64,000 bases of DNA from the human T2T-CHM13v2.0 reference genome, Homo sapiens: the NCBI RefSeq assembly GCF_009914755.1, contig NC_060935.1. One strand, 5' to 3'. Position 1 is the first letter of the stretch; each line of letters begins with the position of its first letter. This document shows, piece after piece, positions 27,409 to 42,800 of the stretch. The notes beneath the pieces are model-generated. The model was not told the origin of the DNA and ran no database searches. It saw nothing but the letters and a program-made list of their open reading frames with translations. Both the position numbers and the translations under genes were made by a program.

Positions 27409-30400
27409 CGCAGTTTCCAAACACACTTTCTGTAGAATCTGCAAGTGGATATTTGGACCTCTCTGAGGATTTCGTTGGAAACGGGATATACTTCCCAGAA
27501 CTACACGGAAGCATTCTGAGAAACTTCTTTGTGATGTTTGCATTCAACTCACAGAGTTGAACCTTGCTTTCATAGTTCAGCTTTCAAACACTCTTTTTGT
27601 AGAATCTGCAAGTGGATATTTGGACCACTTTGTGGCCTTCCTTCGAAACGGGTATATCTTCACATCAAACCTAGACAGAAGCATTCTCAGAATGTTTCCT
27701 GTGATGACTGCATTCAACTCACAGAGGTGAACAATCCTGCTGATGGAGCAGTTTTGAAACTCTCTTTCTTTGGATTCTGCAAGTGGATATGTGGACCTCT
27801 GTGAAGATTTCGTTGGAAACGGGTTCATCTTCACAGAAAAACTAAACAGGAGCATTCTCAGAAACTGCTTTGTGATGTTTGTGTTCCACTTCAGGAATTG
27901 AACTTTCCTCTTGATAGAGCAGCTCTGAAACCCTCTTTTTCTAGGATCTGCAAGTGGACATTTGGAGGGCTTTGAGGCCTGTGGTGGAAAAGGAAAATCT
28001 TCACATAAAAACTAGATGGAAGCATTCTCAGAAACTACTTTGTGATGATTGCATTCGACTCACAGAGTTGAACATTCCTATAGATAGAGCAGGTTGTAAA
28101 CAAACTTTTTGTAGAATCTGCGATTGGATATTTGGACTGCTTTGAGGCCTACTGTAGTAAAGGAAATAACTTCATCTAAAAACCAAACGGAAGCATTCAC
28201 AGACAATTCTTAGTGATCATTGGATTGAACTAACAGAGCTGAACATTCCCTTAGATGGCACAGTTTCCAAACACACTTTCTGTAGAATCTGCAAGTGGAT
28301 ATTTGGACCTCTCTGAGGATTTCGTTGGAAACGGGCTAAACTTCCCAGAACTACACGGAAGCATTCTGAGAAACTTCTTTGTGATGTTTGCATTCAACTC
28401 ACAGAGTTGAATCTTGCTTTCATAGTTCAGCTTTCAAACACTCTTTTTGTAGAATCTGCAAATGGATATTTGGACCACTTTGTGGCCTTCCTTGGAAACG
28501 GGTATATCTTCACATCAAACCTTGACAGAAGCATTCTCAGAATGTTTCCTGTGATGACTGCATTCAACTCACAGAGGTGAACAATCCTGTTGATGGAGCA
28601 GTTTTGAAACTCTCTTTCTTTGGATTCTGCAAGTGGATATGTGGACCTCTGTGAAGATTTCGTTGGAAACGGGCTCATCTTCACAGAAAAAGTAAACAGG
28701 AGCATTCTCAGAAACTGCTTTGTGATGTTTGTGTTCCACTTCAGGAATTGAACTTTCCTCTTGACAGAGCAGCTCTGAAACCCTCTTTTTCTAGAATCTG
28801 CAAGTGGACATTTGGAGGGCTTTGAGGCCTGTGGTTGAAAAGGATAATCTTCACATAAAAACTAGATGGAAGCATTCTCAGAAACTACTTTGTGATGATT
28901 GCATTCGACTCACAGAGTTGAACATTCCTATAGATAGAGCAGGTTGTAAACAATCTTTTTGTAGAATCTGCGATTGGAGATTTGGACTGCTTTGAGGCCT
29001 ACTGTAGTAAAGGAAATAACTTCATCTAAAAACCAAACGGAAGCATTCACAGACAATTCTTAGTGATCATTGGATTGAACTAACAGAGCTGAACATTCCT
29101 TTAGATGGAGCAGTTTCCAAACCCACTTTCTGTAGAATCTGCAAGTGGATATTTGGACCTCTCTGAGGATTTCGTTGGAAACGGGATATACTTCCCAGAA
29201 CTACACGGAAGTATTCTGAGAAACTTCTTCGTGATGGTTGCATTCAACTCACAGAGTTGAACCTTGCTTTCATAGTTCAGCTTTCAAACACTCTTTTTGT
29301 AGAATCTGCAAGTGGATATTTGGACCATTTTGTGGCCTTCCTTCGAAACGTGTATATCTTCACATCAAACCTTGACAGAAGCATTCTCAGAATGTTTCCT
29401 GTGATGACTGCATTCAACTCACAGAGGTGAACAATCCTGCTGATGGAGCAGTTTTGAAACTCTCTTTCTTTGGATTCTGCAAGTGGATATGTGGACCTCT
29501 GTGAAGATTTCGTTGGAAACGGGTTCATCTTCACAGAAAAACTAAACAGGAGCATTCTCAGAAACTGCTTTGTGATGTTTGTGTTCCACTTCAGGAATTG
29601 AACTTTCCTCTTGACAGAGCAGCTCTGAAACCCTCTTTTTCTAGAATCTGCAAGAGGACATTTGGAGGGCTTTGAGGCCTGTGGTGGAAAAGGAAAATCT
29701 TCACATAAAAACTAGATGGAAGCATTCTCAGAAACTACTTTGTGATGATTGCATTCGACTCAAAGAGTTGAACATTCCTATAGATAGAGCAGGTTGTAAA
29801 CAATCTTTTTGTAGAATCTGCGATTGGAGATTTGGACTGCTTTGAGGCCTACTGTAGTAAAGGAAATAACTTCATCTAAAAACCAAACGGAAGCATTCAC
29901 AGACAATTCTTAGTGATCATTGGATTGAACTAACAGAGCTGAACATTCCCTTAGATGGCACATTTTCCAAACACACTTTCTGTAGAATCTGCAAGTGGAT
30001 ATTTGGACCTCTCTGAGGATTTCGTTGGAAACGGGTTAAACTTCCCAGAACTACACGGAAGGATTCTGAGAAACTTCTTTGTGATGTTTGCTTTCAAATC
30101 ACAGAGTTGAACCTTGCTTTCATAGTTCAGCTTTCAAACACTCTTTTTGTAGAATCTGCAAGTGGATATTTGGACCACTTTGTGGCCTTCCTTCGAAACG
30201 GGTATATCTTCACATCAAACCTAGACAGAAGCATTCTCAGAATGTTTCCTGTGATGACTGCATTCAACTCACCGAGGTGAACAATCCTGTTGATGGAGCC
30301 GTTTTGAAACTCCCTTTCTTTTGATTCTTCAAGTGGATATGTGGAACTCTGTGAAGATTTCGTTGGAAACGGGTTCATCTTCACAGAAAAACTAAACAGG

Positions 30401-33400
30401 AGCATTCTCAGAAACTGCTTTGTGATGTTTGTGTTCCACTTCAGGAATTGAACTTTCCTCTTGACAGAGCAGCTCTGAAACCCTCTTTTTCTAGAATCTG
30501 CAAGTGGACATTTGGAGGGCTTTGAGGCCTGTGGTTGAAAAGGATAATCTTCACATAAAAACTAGATGGAAGCATTCTCAGAAACTACTTTGTGATGATT
30601 GCATTCGACTCATAGAGTTGAACATTCCTATAGATAGAGCAGGTTGTAAACAATCTTTTTGTAGAATCTGCGATTGGAGATTTGGACTGCTTTGAGGCCT
30701 ACTGTAGTAAAGGAAATAACTTCATCCAAAAAGCAAACGGAAGCATTCACAGACAATTCTTAATGATCATTGGATTGAACTAACAGAGCTGAACATTCCT
30801 TTAGATGGCGCAGTTTCCAAACCCACTTTCTGTAGAATCTGCAAGTGGATATTTGGAACTCTCTGAGGATTTCGTTGGAAACGGGATATACTTCCCAGAA
30901 CTACACGGAAGTATTCTGAGAAACTTCTTCTTGATGGTTGCATTCAACTCACAGAGTTGAACCTTGCTTTCATAGTTCAGCTTTCAAACACTCTTTTTGT
31001 AGAATCTGCAAGTGGATATTTGGACCATTTTGTGGCCTTCCTTCGAAACGGGTATATCTTCACATCAAACCTTGACAGAAGCATTCTCAGAATGTTTCCT
31101 GTGATGACTGCATTCAACTCACAGAGGTGAACAATCCTGCTGATGGAGCAGTTTTGAAACTCTCTTTCTTTGGATTCTGCAAGTGGATATGTGGACCTCT
31201 GTGAAGATTTCGTTGGAAACGGGTTCATCTTCACAGAAAAACTAAACAGGAGCATTCTCAGAAACTGCTTTGTGATGTTTGTGTTCCACTTCAGGAATTG
31301 AACTTTCCTCTTGACAGAGCAGCTCTGAAACCCTCTTTTTCTAGAATCTGCAAGTGGACATTTGGAGGGCTTTGAGGCCTGTGGTGGAAAAGGAAAATCT
31401 TCACATAAAAACTAGATGGAAGCATTCTCAGAAACTACTTTGTGATGATTGCATTCAACTCAAAGAGTTGAACATTCCTATAGATAGAGCAGGTTGTAAA
31501 CAATCTTTTTGTAGAATCTGCGATTGGAGATTTGGACTGCTTTGAGGCCTACTGTAGTAAAGGAAATAACTTCATCTAAAAACCAAACGGAAGCATTCAC
31601 AGACAATTCTTAGTGATCATTGGATTGAACTAACAGAGCTGAACATTCCCTTAGATGGCACAGTTTCCAAACACACTTTCTGTAGAATCTGCAAGTGGAT
31701 ATTTGGACCTCTCTGAGGATTTCGTTGGAATCGGGATAAACTTCCCAGAACTACACGGAAGCATTCTGAGAAACTTCTTTGTGATGTTTGCATTCAACTC
31801 ACAGAGTTGAACCTTGCTTTCATAGTTCAGCTTTCAAACACTCTTTTTGTAGAATCTGCAAGTGGATATTTGGACCACTTTGTGGCCTTCCTTCGAAACG
31901 GGTATATCTTCACATCAAACCTAGACAGAAGCATTCTCAGAATGTTTCCTGTGATGACTGCATTCAACTCACAGTTGTGAGCAATCCTGTTGATGGAGCC
32001 GTTTTGAAACTCCCTTTCTTTTGATTCTGCAAGTGGATATGTGGAACTCTGTGAAGATTTCGTTGGAAACGGGTTCATCTTCACAGAAAAATTAACAGGA
32101 GCATTCTCAGAAACTGCTTTGTGATGTTTGTGTTCCACTTCAAGAATTGAACTTTCCTCTTGACAGAGCAGCTCTGAAACCCTCTTTTTCTAGAATCTGC
32201 TAGTGGACATTTGGAGGGCTTTGAGGCCTGTGGTGGAAAAGGAAAATCTTCACATAAAAACTAGATGGAAGCATTCTCAGAAACTACTTTGTGATGATTG
32301 CATTCGACTCACAGAGTTGAACATTCCTATAGATAGAGCAGGTTGTAAACAATCTTTTTGTAGAATCTGCGATTGGAGATTTGGACTGCTTTGAGGCCTA
32401 CTGTAGTAAAGGAAATAACTTCATCTAAAAACCAAACGGAAGCATTCACAGACAATTCTTAGTGATCATTGGATTGAACAAACAGAGCTGAACATTCCTT
32501 TAGATAGAGCAGTTTCCAAACACACTTTCTGTAGAATCTGCAAGTGGATATTTGGACTTCTCTGAGGATTTCGTTGGAAACGGGATAAACTTCCCAGAAC
32601 TACACGGAAGCATTCTGAGAAACTTCTTTGTGATGTTTGCATTCAACTCACAGAGTTGAACCTTGCTTTCATAGTTCAGCTTTCAAACACTCTTTTTGTA
32701 GAATCTGCAAGTGGATATTTGGACCACTTTGTGGCCTTCCTTCGAAACGGGTATATCTTCACATCAAAGCTAGACAGAAGCAGTCTCAGAATGTTTCCTG
32801 TGATGACTGCATTGAACTCACAGAGGTGAACAATCCTGTTGATGGAGCAGTTTTGAAACTCTCTTTCTTTGGATTCTGCAAGTGGATATGTGGACCTCTG
32901 TGAAGATTTCGTTGGAAACGGGTTCATCTTCACAGAAAAACTAAACAGGAGCATTCTCAGAAACTGCTTTGTGATGTTTGTGTTCCACTTCAAGAATTGA
33001 ACTTTCCTCTTGACAGAGGAGCTCTGAAACCCTCTTTTTCTAGAATCTGCAAGTGGACATTTGGAGGGCTTTGAGGCCTGTGGTGGAAAAGGAAAATCTT
33101 CACATAAAAACTAGATGGAAGCATTCTCAGAAACTACTTTGTGATGATTGCATTCGACTCACAGAGTTGAACATTCGTATAGATAGAGCAGGTTGTAAAC
33201 AATCTTTTTGTAGAATCTGCGATTGGAGATTTGGACTGCTTTGAGGCCTACTGTAGTAAAGGAAATAACTTCATCTAAAAACCAAACGGAAGCATTCAGA
33301 GACAATTCTTAGTGATCATTGGATTGAACTAACAGAGCTGAACATTCCTTTAGATGGCGCAGTTTCCAAACACACTTTCTGTAGAATCTGCAAGTGGATA

Positions 33401-33869
33401 TTTGGACCTCTCTGAGGATTTCGTTGGAAACGGGATATACTTCCCAGAACTACACGGAAGTATTCTGATAAACTTCTTTGTGATGGTTGCATTCAACTCA
33501 CAGAGTTGAACCTTGCTTTCATAGTTCAGCTTTCAAACACTCTTTTTGTAGAATCTGCAAGTGGATATTTGGACCAATTTGTGGCCTTCCTTCGAAACGG
33601 GTATATCTTCACATCAAACCTTGACAGAAGCATTCTCAGAATGTTTCCTGTGATGACTGCATTCAACTCACAGAGGTGAACAATCCTGCTGATGCAGCAG
33701 TTTTGAAACTCTCTTTCTTTGGATTCTGCAAGTGGATATGTGGACCTCTGTGAAGATTTCGTTGGAAACGGGTTCATCTTCACAGAAAAACTAAACAGGA
33801 GCATTCTCAGAAACTGCTTTGTGATGTTTGTGTTCCACTTCAAGAATTGAACTTTCCTCTTGACAGAGC

Positions 33870-36800
33870 AGCTCTGAAACCCTCTTTTTCCAGAATCTGC
33901 AAGTGGACATTTGGAGGGCTTTGAGGCCTGTGGTGGAAAAGGAAAATCTTCACATAAAAACTAGATGGAAGCATTCTCAGAAACTACTCTGTGATGATTG
34001 CATTCGACTCACAGAGTTGAACATTCCTATAGATAGAGCAGGTTGTAAACAATCTTTTTGTAGAATCTGGGATTGGAGATTTGGACTGCTTTGAGGCCTA
34101 CTGTAGTAAAGGAAATAACTTCATCTAAAAACCAAACGGAAGCATTCACAGACAATTCTTAGTGATCATTGGAATGAACTAACAGAGCTGAACATTCCTT
34201 TAGATGGAGCAGTTTCCAAACACACTTTCTGTAGAATCTGCAAGTGGATATTTGGACCTCTCTGAGGATTTCGTTGGAAACGGGATAAATTTCCCAGAAC
34301 TACACGGAAGCATTCTGAGAAACTTCTTTGTGATGTTTGCATTCAACTCACAGAGTTGAACCTTGCTTTCATAGTTCAGCTTTCAAACACTCTTTTTGTA
34401 GAATCTGCAAGTGGATATTTGGACCACTTTGTGGCCTTCCTTCGAAACGGGTATATCTTCACATCAAACCTAGACAGAAGCATTCTCAGAATGTTTCCTG
34501 TGATGACTGCATTCAACTCACAGAGGTGAACAATCCTGTTGATGGAGCAGTTTTGAAACTCTCTTTCTTTGGATTCTGCAAGTGGATATGTGGACCTCTG
34601 TGTAGATTTCGTTGGAAACGGGTTCATCTTCACAGAAAAACTAAACAGGAGCATTCTCAGAAACTGCTTTGTGATGTTTGTGTTCCACTTCAAGAATTGA
34701 ACTTTCCTCTTGACAGAGGAGCTCTGAAACCCTCTTTTTCTAGAATCTGCAAGTGGACATTTGGAGGGCTTTGAGGCCTGTGGTGGAAAAGGAAAATCTT
34801 CACATAAAAACTAGATGGAAGCATTCTCAGAAACTACTTTGTGATGATTGCATTCGACTCACAGAGTTGAACATTCCTATAGATAGAGCAGGTTGTAAAC
34901 AATCTTTTTGTAGAATCTGCGATTGGAGATTTGGACTGCTTTGAGGCCTACTGTAGTAAAGGAAATAACTTCATCTAAAAACCAAACGGAAGCATTCACA
35001 GACAATTCTTAGTGATCATTGGATTGAACAAACAGAGCTGAACATTCCTTTAGATAGAGCAGTTTCCAAACACACTTTCTGTAGAATCTGCAAGTGGATA
35101 TTTGGACTTCTCTGAGGATTTCGTTGGAAACGGGATAAACTTCCCAGAACTACACGGAAGCATTCTGAGAAACTTCTTTGTGATGTTTGCATTCAACTCA
35201 CAGAGTTGAACTTTGCTTTCATAGTTCAGCTTTCAAACACTCTTTTTGTAGAATCTGCAAGTGGATATTTGGACCACTTTGTGGCCTTCCTTCGAAACGG
35301 GTATATCTTCACATCAAAGCTAGACAGAAGCAGTCTCAGAATGTTTCCTGTGATGACTGCATTCAACTCACAGAGGTGAACAATCCTGTTGATGGAGCAG
35401 TTTTGAAACTCTCTTTCTTTGGATTCTGCAAGTGGATATGTGGACCTCTGTGAAGATTTCGTTGGAAACGGGTTCATCTTCACAGAAAAACTAAACAGGA
35501 GCATTCTCAGAAACTGCTTTGTGATGTTTGTGTTCCACTTCAAGAATTGAACTTTCCTCTTGACAGAGCAGCTCTGAAACCCTCTTTTTCTAGAATCTGC
35601 AAGTGGACATTTGGAGGGCTTTGAGGCCTGTGGTGGAAAAGGAAAATCTTCACATAAAAACTAGATGGAAGCATTCTCAGAAACTACTTTGTGATGATTG
35701 CATTCGACTCACAGAGTTGAACATTCCTATAGGTAGAGCAGGTTGTAAACAATCTTTTTGTAGAATCTGCGATTGGAGATTTGGACTGCTTTGAGGCCTA
35801 CTGTAGTAAAGGAAATAACTTCATCTAAAAACCAAACGGAAGCATTCACAGACAATTCTTAGTGATCATTGGATTGAACTAACAGAGCTGAAAATTCCTT
35901 TAGATGGCGCAGTTTCCAAACACACTCTCTGTAGAATCTGCAAGTGGATATTTGGACCTCTCTGAGGATTTCGTTGGAAACGGGATATACTTCCCAGAAC
36001 TACACGGAAGTATTCTGATAAACTTCTTTGTGATGGTTGCATTCAACTCACAGAGTTGAACCTTGCTTTCATAGTTCAGCTTTCAAACACTCTTTTTGTA
36101 GAATCTGCAAGTGGATATTTGGACCAATTTGTGGCCTTCCTTCGAAACGGGTATATCTTCACATCAAACCTTGACAGAAGCATTCTCAGAATGTTTCCTG
36201 TGATGACTGCATTCAACTCACAGAGGTGAACAATCCTGCTGATGCAGCAGTTTTGAAACTCTCTTTCTTTGGATTCTGCAAGTGGATATGTGGACCTCTG
36301 TGAAGATTTCGTTGGAAACGGGTTCATCTTCACAGAAAAACTAAACAGGAGCATTCTCAGAAACTGCTTTGTGATGTTTGTGTTCCACTTCAAGAATTGA
36401 ACTTTCCTCTTGACAGAGCAGCTCTGAAACCCTCTTTTTCTAGAATCTGCAAGTGGACATTTGGAGGGCTTTGAGGCCTGTGGTGGAAAAGGAAAATCTT
36501 CACATAAAAACTAGATGGAAGCATTCTCAGAAACTACTCTGTGATGATTGCATTCGACTCACAGAGTTGAACATTCCTATAGATAGAGCAGGTTGTAAAC
36601 AATCTTTTTGTAGAATCTGGGATTGGAGATTTGGACTGCTTTGAGGCCTACTGTAGTAAAGGAAATAACTTCATCTAAAAACCAAACGGAAGCATTCACA
36701 GACAATTCTTAGTGATCATTGGAATGAACTAACAGAGCTGAACATTCCTTTAGATGGAGCAGTTTCCAAACACACTTTCTGTAGAATCTGCAAGTGAATA

Positions 36801-39800
36801 TTTGGACCTCTCTGAGGATTTCGTTGGAAACGGGATAAATTTCCCAGAACTACACGGAAGCATTCTGAGAAACTTCTTTGTGATGTTTGCATTCAACTCA
36901 CAGAGTTGAACCTTGCTTTCATAGTTCAGCTTTCAAACACTCTTTTTGTAGAATCTGCAAGTGGATATTTGGACCAGTTTGTGGCCTTCCTTCGAAACGG
37001 GTATATCTTCACATCAAACCTAGACAGAAGCATTCTCAGAATGTTTCCTGTGATGACTGCATTCAACTCACAGAGGTGAACAATCCTGTTGATGGAGCAG
37101 TTTTAAAACTCTCTTTCTTTGGATTCTGCAAGTGGATATGTGGACCTCTGTGAAGATTTCGTTGGAAACGGGTTCATCTTCACAGAAAAACTAAACAGGA
37201 GCATTCTCAGAAACTGCTTTGTGATGTTTGTGTTCCACTTCAAGAATTGAACTTTCCTCTTGAGAGAGCAGCTCTGAAACCCTCTTTTTCCAGAATCTGC
37301 AAGTGGACATTTGGAGGGCTTTGAGGCCTGTGGTGGAAAAGGAAAATCTTCACATAAAAACTAGATGGAAGCATTCTCAGAAACTACTCTGTGATGATTG
37401 CATTCGACTCACAGAGTTGAACATTCCTATAGATAGAGCAGGTTGTAAACAATCTTTTTGTAGAATCTGGGATTGGAGATTTGGACTGCTTTGAGGCCTA
37501 CTGTAGTAAAGGAAATAACTTCATCTAAAAACCAAACGGAAGCATTCACAGACAATTCTTAGTGATCATTGGAATGAACTAACAGAGCTGAACATTCCTT
37601 TAGATGGAGCAGTTTCCAAACACACTTTCTGTAGAATCTGCAAGTGGATATTTGGACCTCTCTGAGGATTTCGTTGGAAACGGGATAAATTTCCCAGAAC
37701 TACACGGAAGCATTCTGAGAAACTTCTTTGTGATGTTTGCATTCAACTCACAGAGTTGAACCTTGCTTTCATAGTTCAGCTTTCAAACACTCTTTTTGTA
37801 GAATCTGCAAGTGGATATTTGGACCACTTTGTGGCCTTCCTTCGAAACGGGTATATCTTCACATCAAACCTAGACAGAAGCATTCTCAGAATGTTTCCTG
37901 TGATGACTGCATTCAACTCACAGAGGTGAACAATCCTGTTGATGGAGCAGTTTTGAAACTCTCTTTCTTTGGATTCTGCAAGTGGATATGTGGACCTCTG
38001 GGAAGATTTCGTTGGAAACGGGTTCATCTTCACAGAAAAACTAAACAGGAGCATTCTCAGAAACTGCTTTGTGATGTTTGTGTTCCACTTCAAGAATTGA
38101 ACTTTCCTCTTGACAGAGGAGCTCTGAAACCCTCTTTTTCTAGAATCTGCAAGTGGACATTTGGAGGGCTTTGAGGCCTGTGGTGGAAAAGGAAAATCTT
38201 CACATAAAAACTAGATGGAAGCATTCTCAGAAACTACTCTGTGATGATTGCATTCGACTCACAGAGTTGAACATTCCTATAGATAGAGCAGGTTGTAAAC
38301 AATCTTTTTGTAGAATCTGCGATTGGAGATTTGGACTGCTTTGAGGCCTACTGTAGTAAAGGAAATAACTTCATCTAAAAACGAAACCGAAGTATTCACA
38401 GACAATTCTTAGTGATCATTGCATTGAACTAACAGAGCTGAACATTCCTTTAGATGGCGCAGTTTCCAAACACACTTTCTGTAGAATCTGCAAGTGGATA
38501 TTTGGACCTCTCTGAGGATTTCGTTGGAATCGGGATAAACTTCCCAGAACTACACGGAAGCATTCTGAGAAACTTCTTTGTGATGTTTGCATTCAACTCA
38601 CAGAGTTGAACCTTGCTTTCATAGTTCAGCTTTCAAACACTCTTTTTGTAGAATCTGCAAGTGGATATTTGGACCACTTTGTGGCCTTCCTTCGAAACGG
38701 GTATATCTTCACATCAAACCTAGACAGAAGCATTCTCAGAATGTTCCTGTGATGACTGCATTCAACTCACAGTAGTGAACAATCCTGTTGATGGAGCCGT
38801 TTTGAAACTCCCTTTCTTTTGATTCTGCAAGTGGATATGTGGACCTCTGTGAAGATTTCGTTGGAAACGGGTTCATCTTCACAGAAAAATTAACAGGAGC
38901 ATTCTCAGAAACTGCTTTGTGATGTTTGTGTTCCACTTCAAGAATTGAACTTTCCTCTTGACAGAGGAGCTCTGAAACCCTCTTTTTCCAGAATCTGCAA
39001 GTGGACATTTGGAGGGCTTTGAGGCCTGTGGTGGAAAAGGAAAATCTTCACATAAAAACTAGATGGAAGCATTCTCAGAAACTACTCTGTGATGATTGCA
39101 TTCGACTCACAGAGTTGAACATTCCTATAGATAGAGCAGGTTGTAAACAATCTTTTTGTAGAATCTGGGATTGGAGATTTGGACTGCTTTGAGGCCTACT
39201 GTAGTAAAGGAAATAACTTCATCTAAAAACCAAACGGAAGCATTCACAGACAATTCTTAGTGATCATTGGAATGAACTAACAGAGCTGAACATTCCTTTA
39301 GATGGAGCAGTTTCCAAACACACTTTCTGTAGAATCTGCAAGTGGATATTTGGACCTCTCTGAGGATTTCGTTGGAAACGGGATAAATTTCCCAGAACTA
39401 CACGGAAGCATTCTGAGAAACTTCTTTGTGATGTTTGCATTCAACTCACAGAGTTGAACCTTGCTTTCATAGTTCAGCTTTCAAACACTCTTTTTGTAGA
39501 ATCTGCAAGTGGATATTTGGACCACTTTGTGGCCTTCCTTCGAAACGGGTATATCTTCACATCAAACCTAGACAGAAGCATTCTCAGAATGTTTCCTGTG
39601 ATGACTGCATTCAACTCACAGAGGTGAACAATCCTGTTGATGGAGCAGTTTTGAAACTCTCTTTGTTTGGATTCTGCAAGTGGATATGTGGACCTCTGTG
39701 TAGATTTCGTTGGAAACGGGTTCATCTTCACAGAAAAACTAAACAGGAGCATTCTCAGAAACTGCTTTGTGATGTTTGTGTTCCACTTCAAGAATTGAAC

Positions 39801-42800
39801 TTTCCTCTTGACAGAGGAGCTCTGAAACCCTCTTTTTCTAGAATCTGCAAGTGGACATTTGGAGGGCTTTGAGGCCTGTGGTGGAAAAGGAAAATCTTCA
39901 CATAAAAACTAGATGGAAGCATTCTCAGAAACTACTTTGTGATGATTGCATTCGACTCACAGAGTTGAACATTCCTATAGATAGAGCAGGTTGTAAACAA
40001 TCTTTTTGTAGAATCTGCGATTGGAGATTTGGACTGCTTTGAGGCCTACTGTAGTAAAGGAAATAACTTCATCTAAAAACCAAACGGAAGCATTCACAGA
40101 CAATTCTTAGTGATCATTGGATTGAACAAACAGAGCTGAACATTCCTTTAGATAGAGCAGTTTCCAAACACACTTTCTGTAGAATCTGCAAGTGGATATT
40201 TGGACTTCTCTGAGGATTTCGTTGGAAACGGGATAAACTTCCCAGAACTACACGGAAGCATTCTGAGAAACTTCTTTGTGATGTTTGCATTCAACTCACA
40301 GAGTTGAACCTTGCTTTCATAGTTCAGCTTTCAAACACTCTTTTTGTAGAATCTGCAAGTGGATATTTGGACCACTTTGTGGCCTTCCTTCGAAACGGGT
40401 ATATCTTCACATCAAAGCTAGACAGAAGCAGTCTCAGAATGTTTCCTGTGATGACTGCATTCAACTCACAGAGGTGAACAATCCTGTTGATGGAGCAGTT
40501 TTGAAACTCTCTTTCTTTGGATTCTGCAAGTGGATATGTGGACCTCTGTGAAGATTTCGTTGGAAACGGGTTCATCTTCACAGAAAAACTAAACAGGAGC
40601 ATTCTCAGAAACTGCTTTGTGATGTTTGTGTTCCACTTCAAGAATTGAACTTTCCTCTTGACAGAGCAGCTCTGAAACCCTCTTTTTCTAGAATCTGCAA
40701 GTGGACATTTGGAGGGCTTTGAGGCCTGTGGTGGAAAAGGAAAATCTTCACATAAAAACTAGATGGAAGCATTCTCAGAAACTACTTTGTGATGATTGCA
40801 TTCGACTCACAGAGTTGAACATTCCTATAGGTAGAGCAGGTTGTAAACAATCTTTTTGTAGAATCTGCGATTGGAGATTTGGACTGCTTTGAGGCCTACT
40901 GTAGTAAAGGAAATAACTTCATCTAAAAACCAAACGGAAGCATTCACAGACAATTCTTAGTGATCATTGGATTGAACTAACAGAGCTGAAAATTCCTTTA
41001 GATGGCGCAGTTTCCAAACACACTCTCTGTAGAATCTGCAAGTGGATATTTGGACCTCTCTGAGGATTTCGTTGGAAACGGGATATACTTCCCAGAACTA
41101 CACGGAAGTATTCTGATAAACTTCTTTGTGATGGTTGCATTCAACTCACAGAGTTGAACCTTGCTTTCATAGTTCAGCTTTCAAACACTCTTTTTGTAGA
41201 ATCTGCAAGTGGATATTTGGACCAATTTGTGGCCTTCCTTCGAAACGGGTATATCTTCACATCAAACCTTGACAGAAGCATTCTCAGAATGTTTCCTGTG
41301 ATGACTGCATTCAACTCACAGAGGTGAACAATCCTGCTGATGCAGCAGTTTTGAAACTCTCTTTCTTTGGATTCTGCAAGTGGATATGTGGACCTCTGTG
41401 AAGATTTCGTTGGAAACGGGTTCATCTTCACAGAAAAACTAAACAGGAGCATTCTCAGAAACTGCTTTGTGATGTTTGTGTTCCACTTCAAGAATTGAAC
41501 TTTCCTCTTGACAGAGCAGCTCTGAAACCCTCTTTTTCTAGAATCTGCAAGTGGACATTTGGAGGGCTTTGAGGCCTGTGGTGGAAAAGGAAAATCTTCA
41601 CATAAAAACTAGATGGAAGCATTCTCAGAAACTACTCTGTGATGATTGCATTCGACTCACAGAGTTGAACATTCCTATAGATAGAGCAGGTTGTAAACAA
41701 TCTTTTTGTAGAATCTGGGATTGGAGATTTGGACTGCTTTGAGGCCTACTGTAGTAAAGGAAATAACTTCATCTAAAAACCAAACGGAAGCATTCACAGA
41801 CAATTCTTAGTGATCATTGGAATGAACTAACAGAGCTGAACATTCCTTTAGATGGAGCAGTTTCCAAACACACTTTCTGTAGAATCTGCAAGTGAATATT
41901 TGGACCTCTCTGAGGATTTCGTTGGAAACGGGATAAATTTCCCAGAACTACACGGAAGCATTCTGAGAAACTTCTTTGTGATGTTTGCATTCAACTCACA
42001 GAGTTGAACCTTGCTTTCATAGTTCAGCTTTCAAACACTCTTTTTGTAGAATCTGCAAGTGGATATTTGGACCAGTTTGTGGCCTTCCTTCGAAACGGGT
42101 ATATCTTCACATCAAACCTAGACAGAAGCATTCTCAGAATGTTTCCTGTGATGACTGCATTCAACTCACAGAGGTGAACAATCCTGTTGATGGAGCAGTT
42201 TTAAAACTCTCTTTCTTTGGATTCTGCAAGTGGATATGTGGACCTCTGTGAAGATTTCGTTGGAAACGGGTTCATCTTCACAGAAAAACTAAACAGGAGC
42301 ATTCTCAGAAACTGCTTTGTGATGTTTGTGTTCCACTTCAAGAATTGAACTTTCCTCTTGAGAGAGCAGCTCTGAAACCCTCTTTTTCCAGAATCTGCAA
42401 GTGGACATTTGGAGGGCTTTGAGGCCTGTGGTGGAAAAGGAAAATCTTCACATAAAAACTAGATGGAAGCATTCTCAGAAACTACTCTGTGATGATTGCA
42501 TTCGACTCACAGAGTTGAACATTCCTATAGATAGAGCAGGTTGTAAACAATCTTTTTGTAGAATCTGGGATTGGAGATTTGGACTGCTTTGAGGCCTACT
42601 GTAGTAAAGGAAATAACTTCATCTAAAAACCAAACGGAAGCATTCACAGACAATTCTTAGTGATCATTGGAATGAACTAACAGAGCTGAACATTCCTTTA
42701 GATGGAGCAGTTTCCAAACACACTTTCTGTAGAATCTGCAAGTGGATATTTGGACCTCTCTGAGGATTTCGTTGGAAACGGGATAAATTTCCCAGAACTA

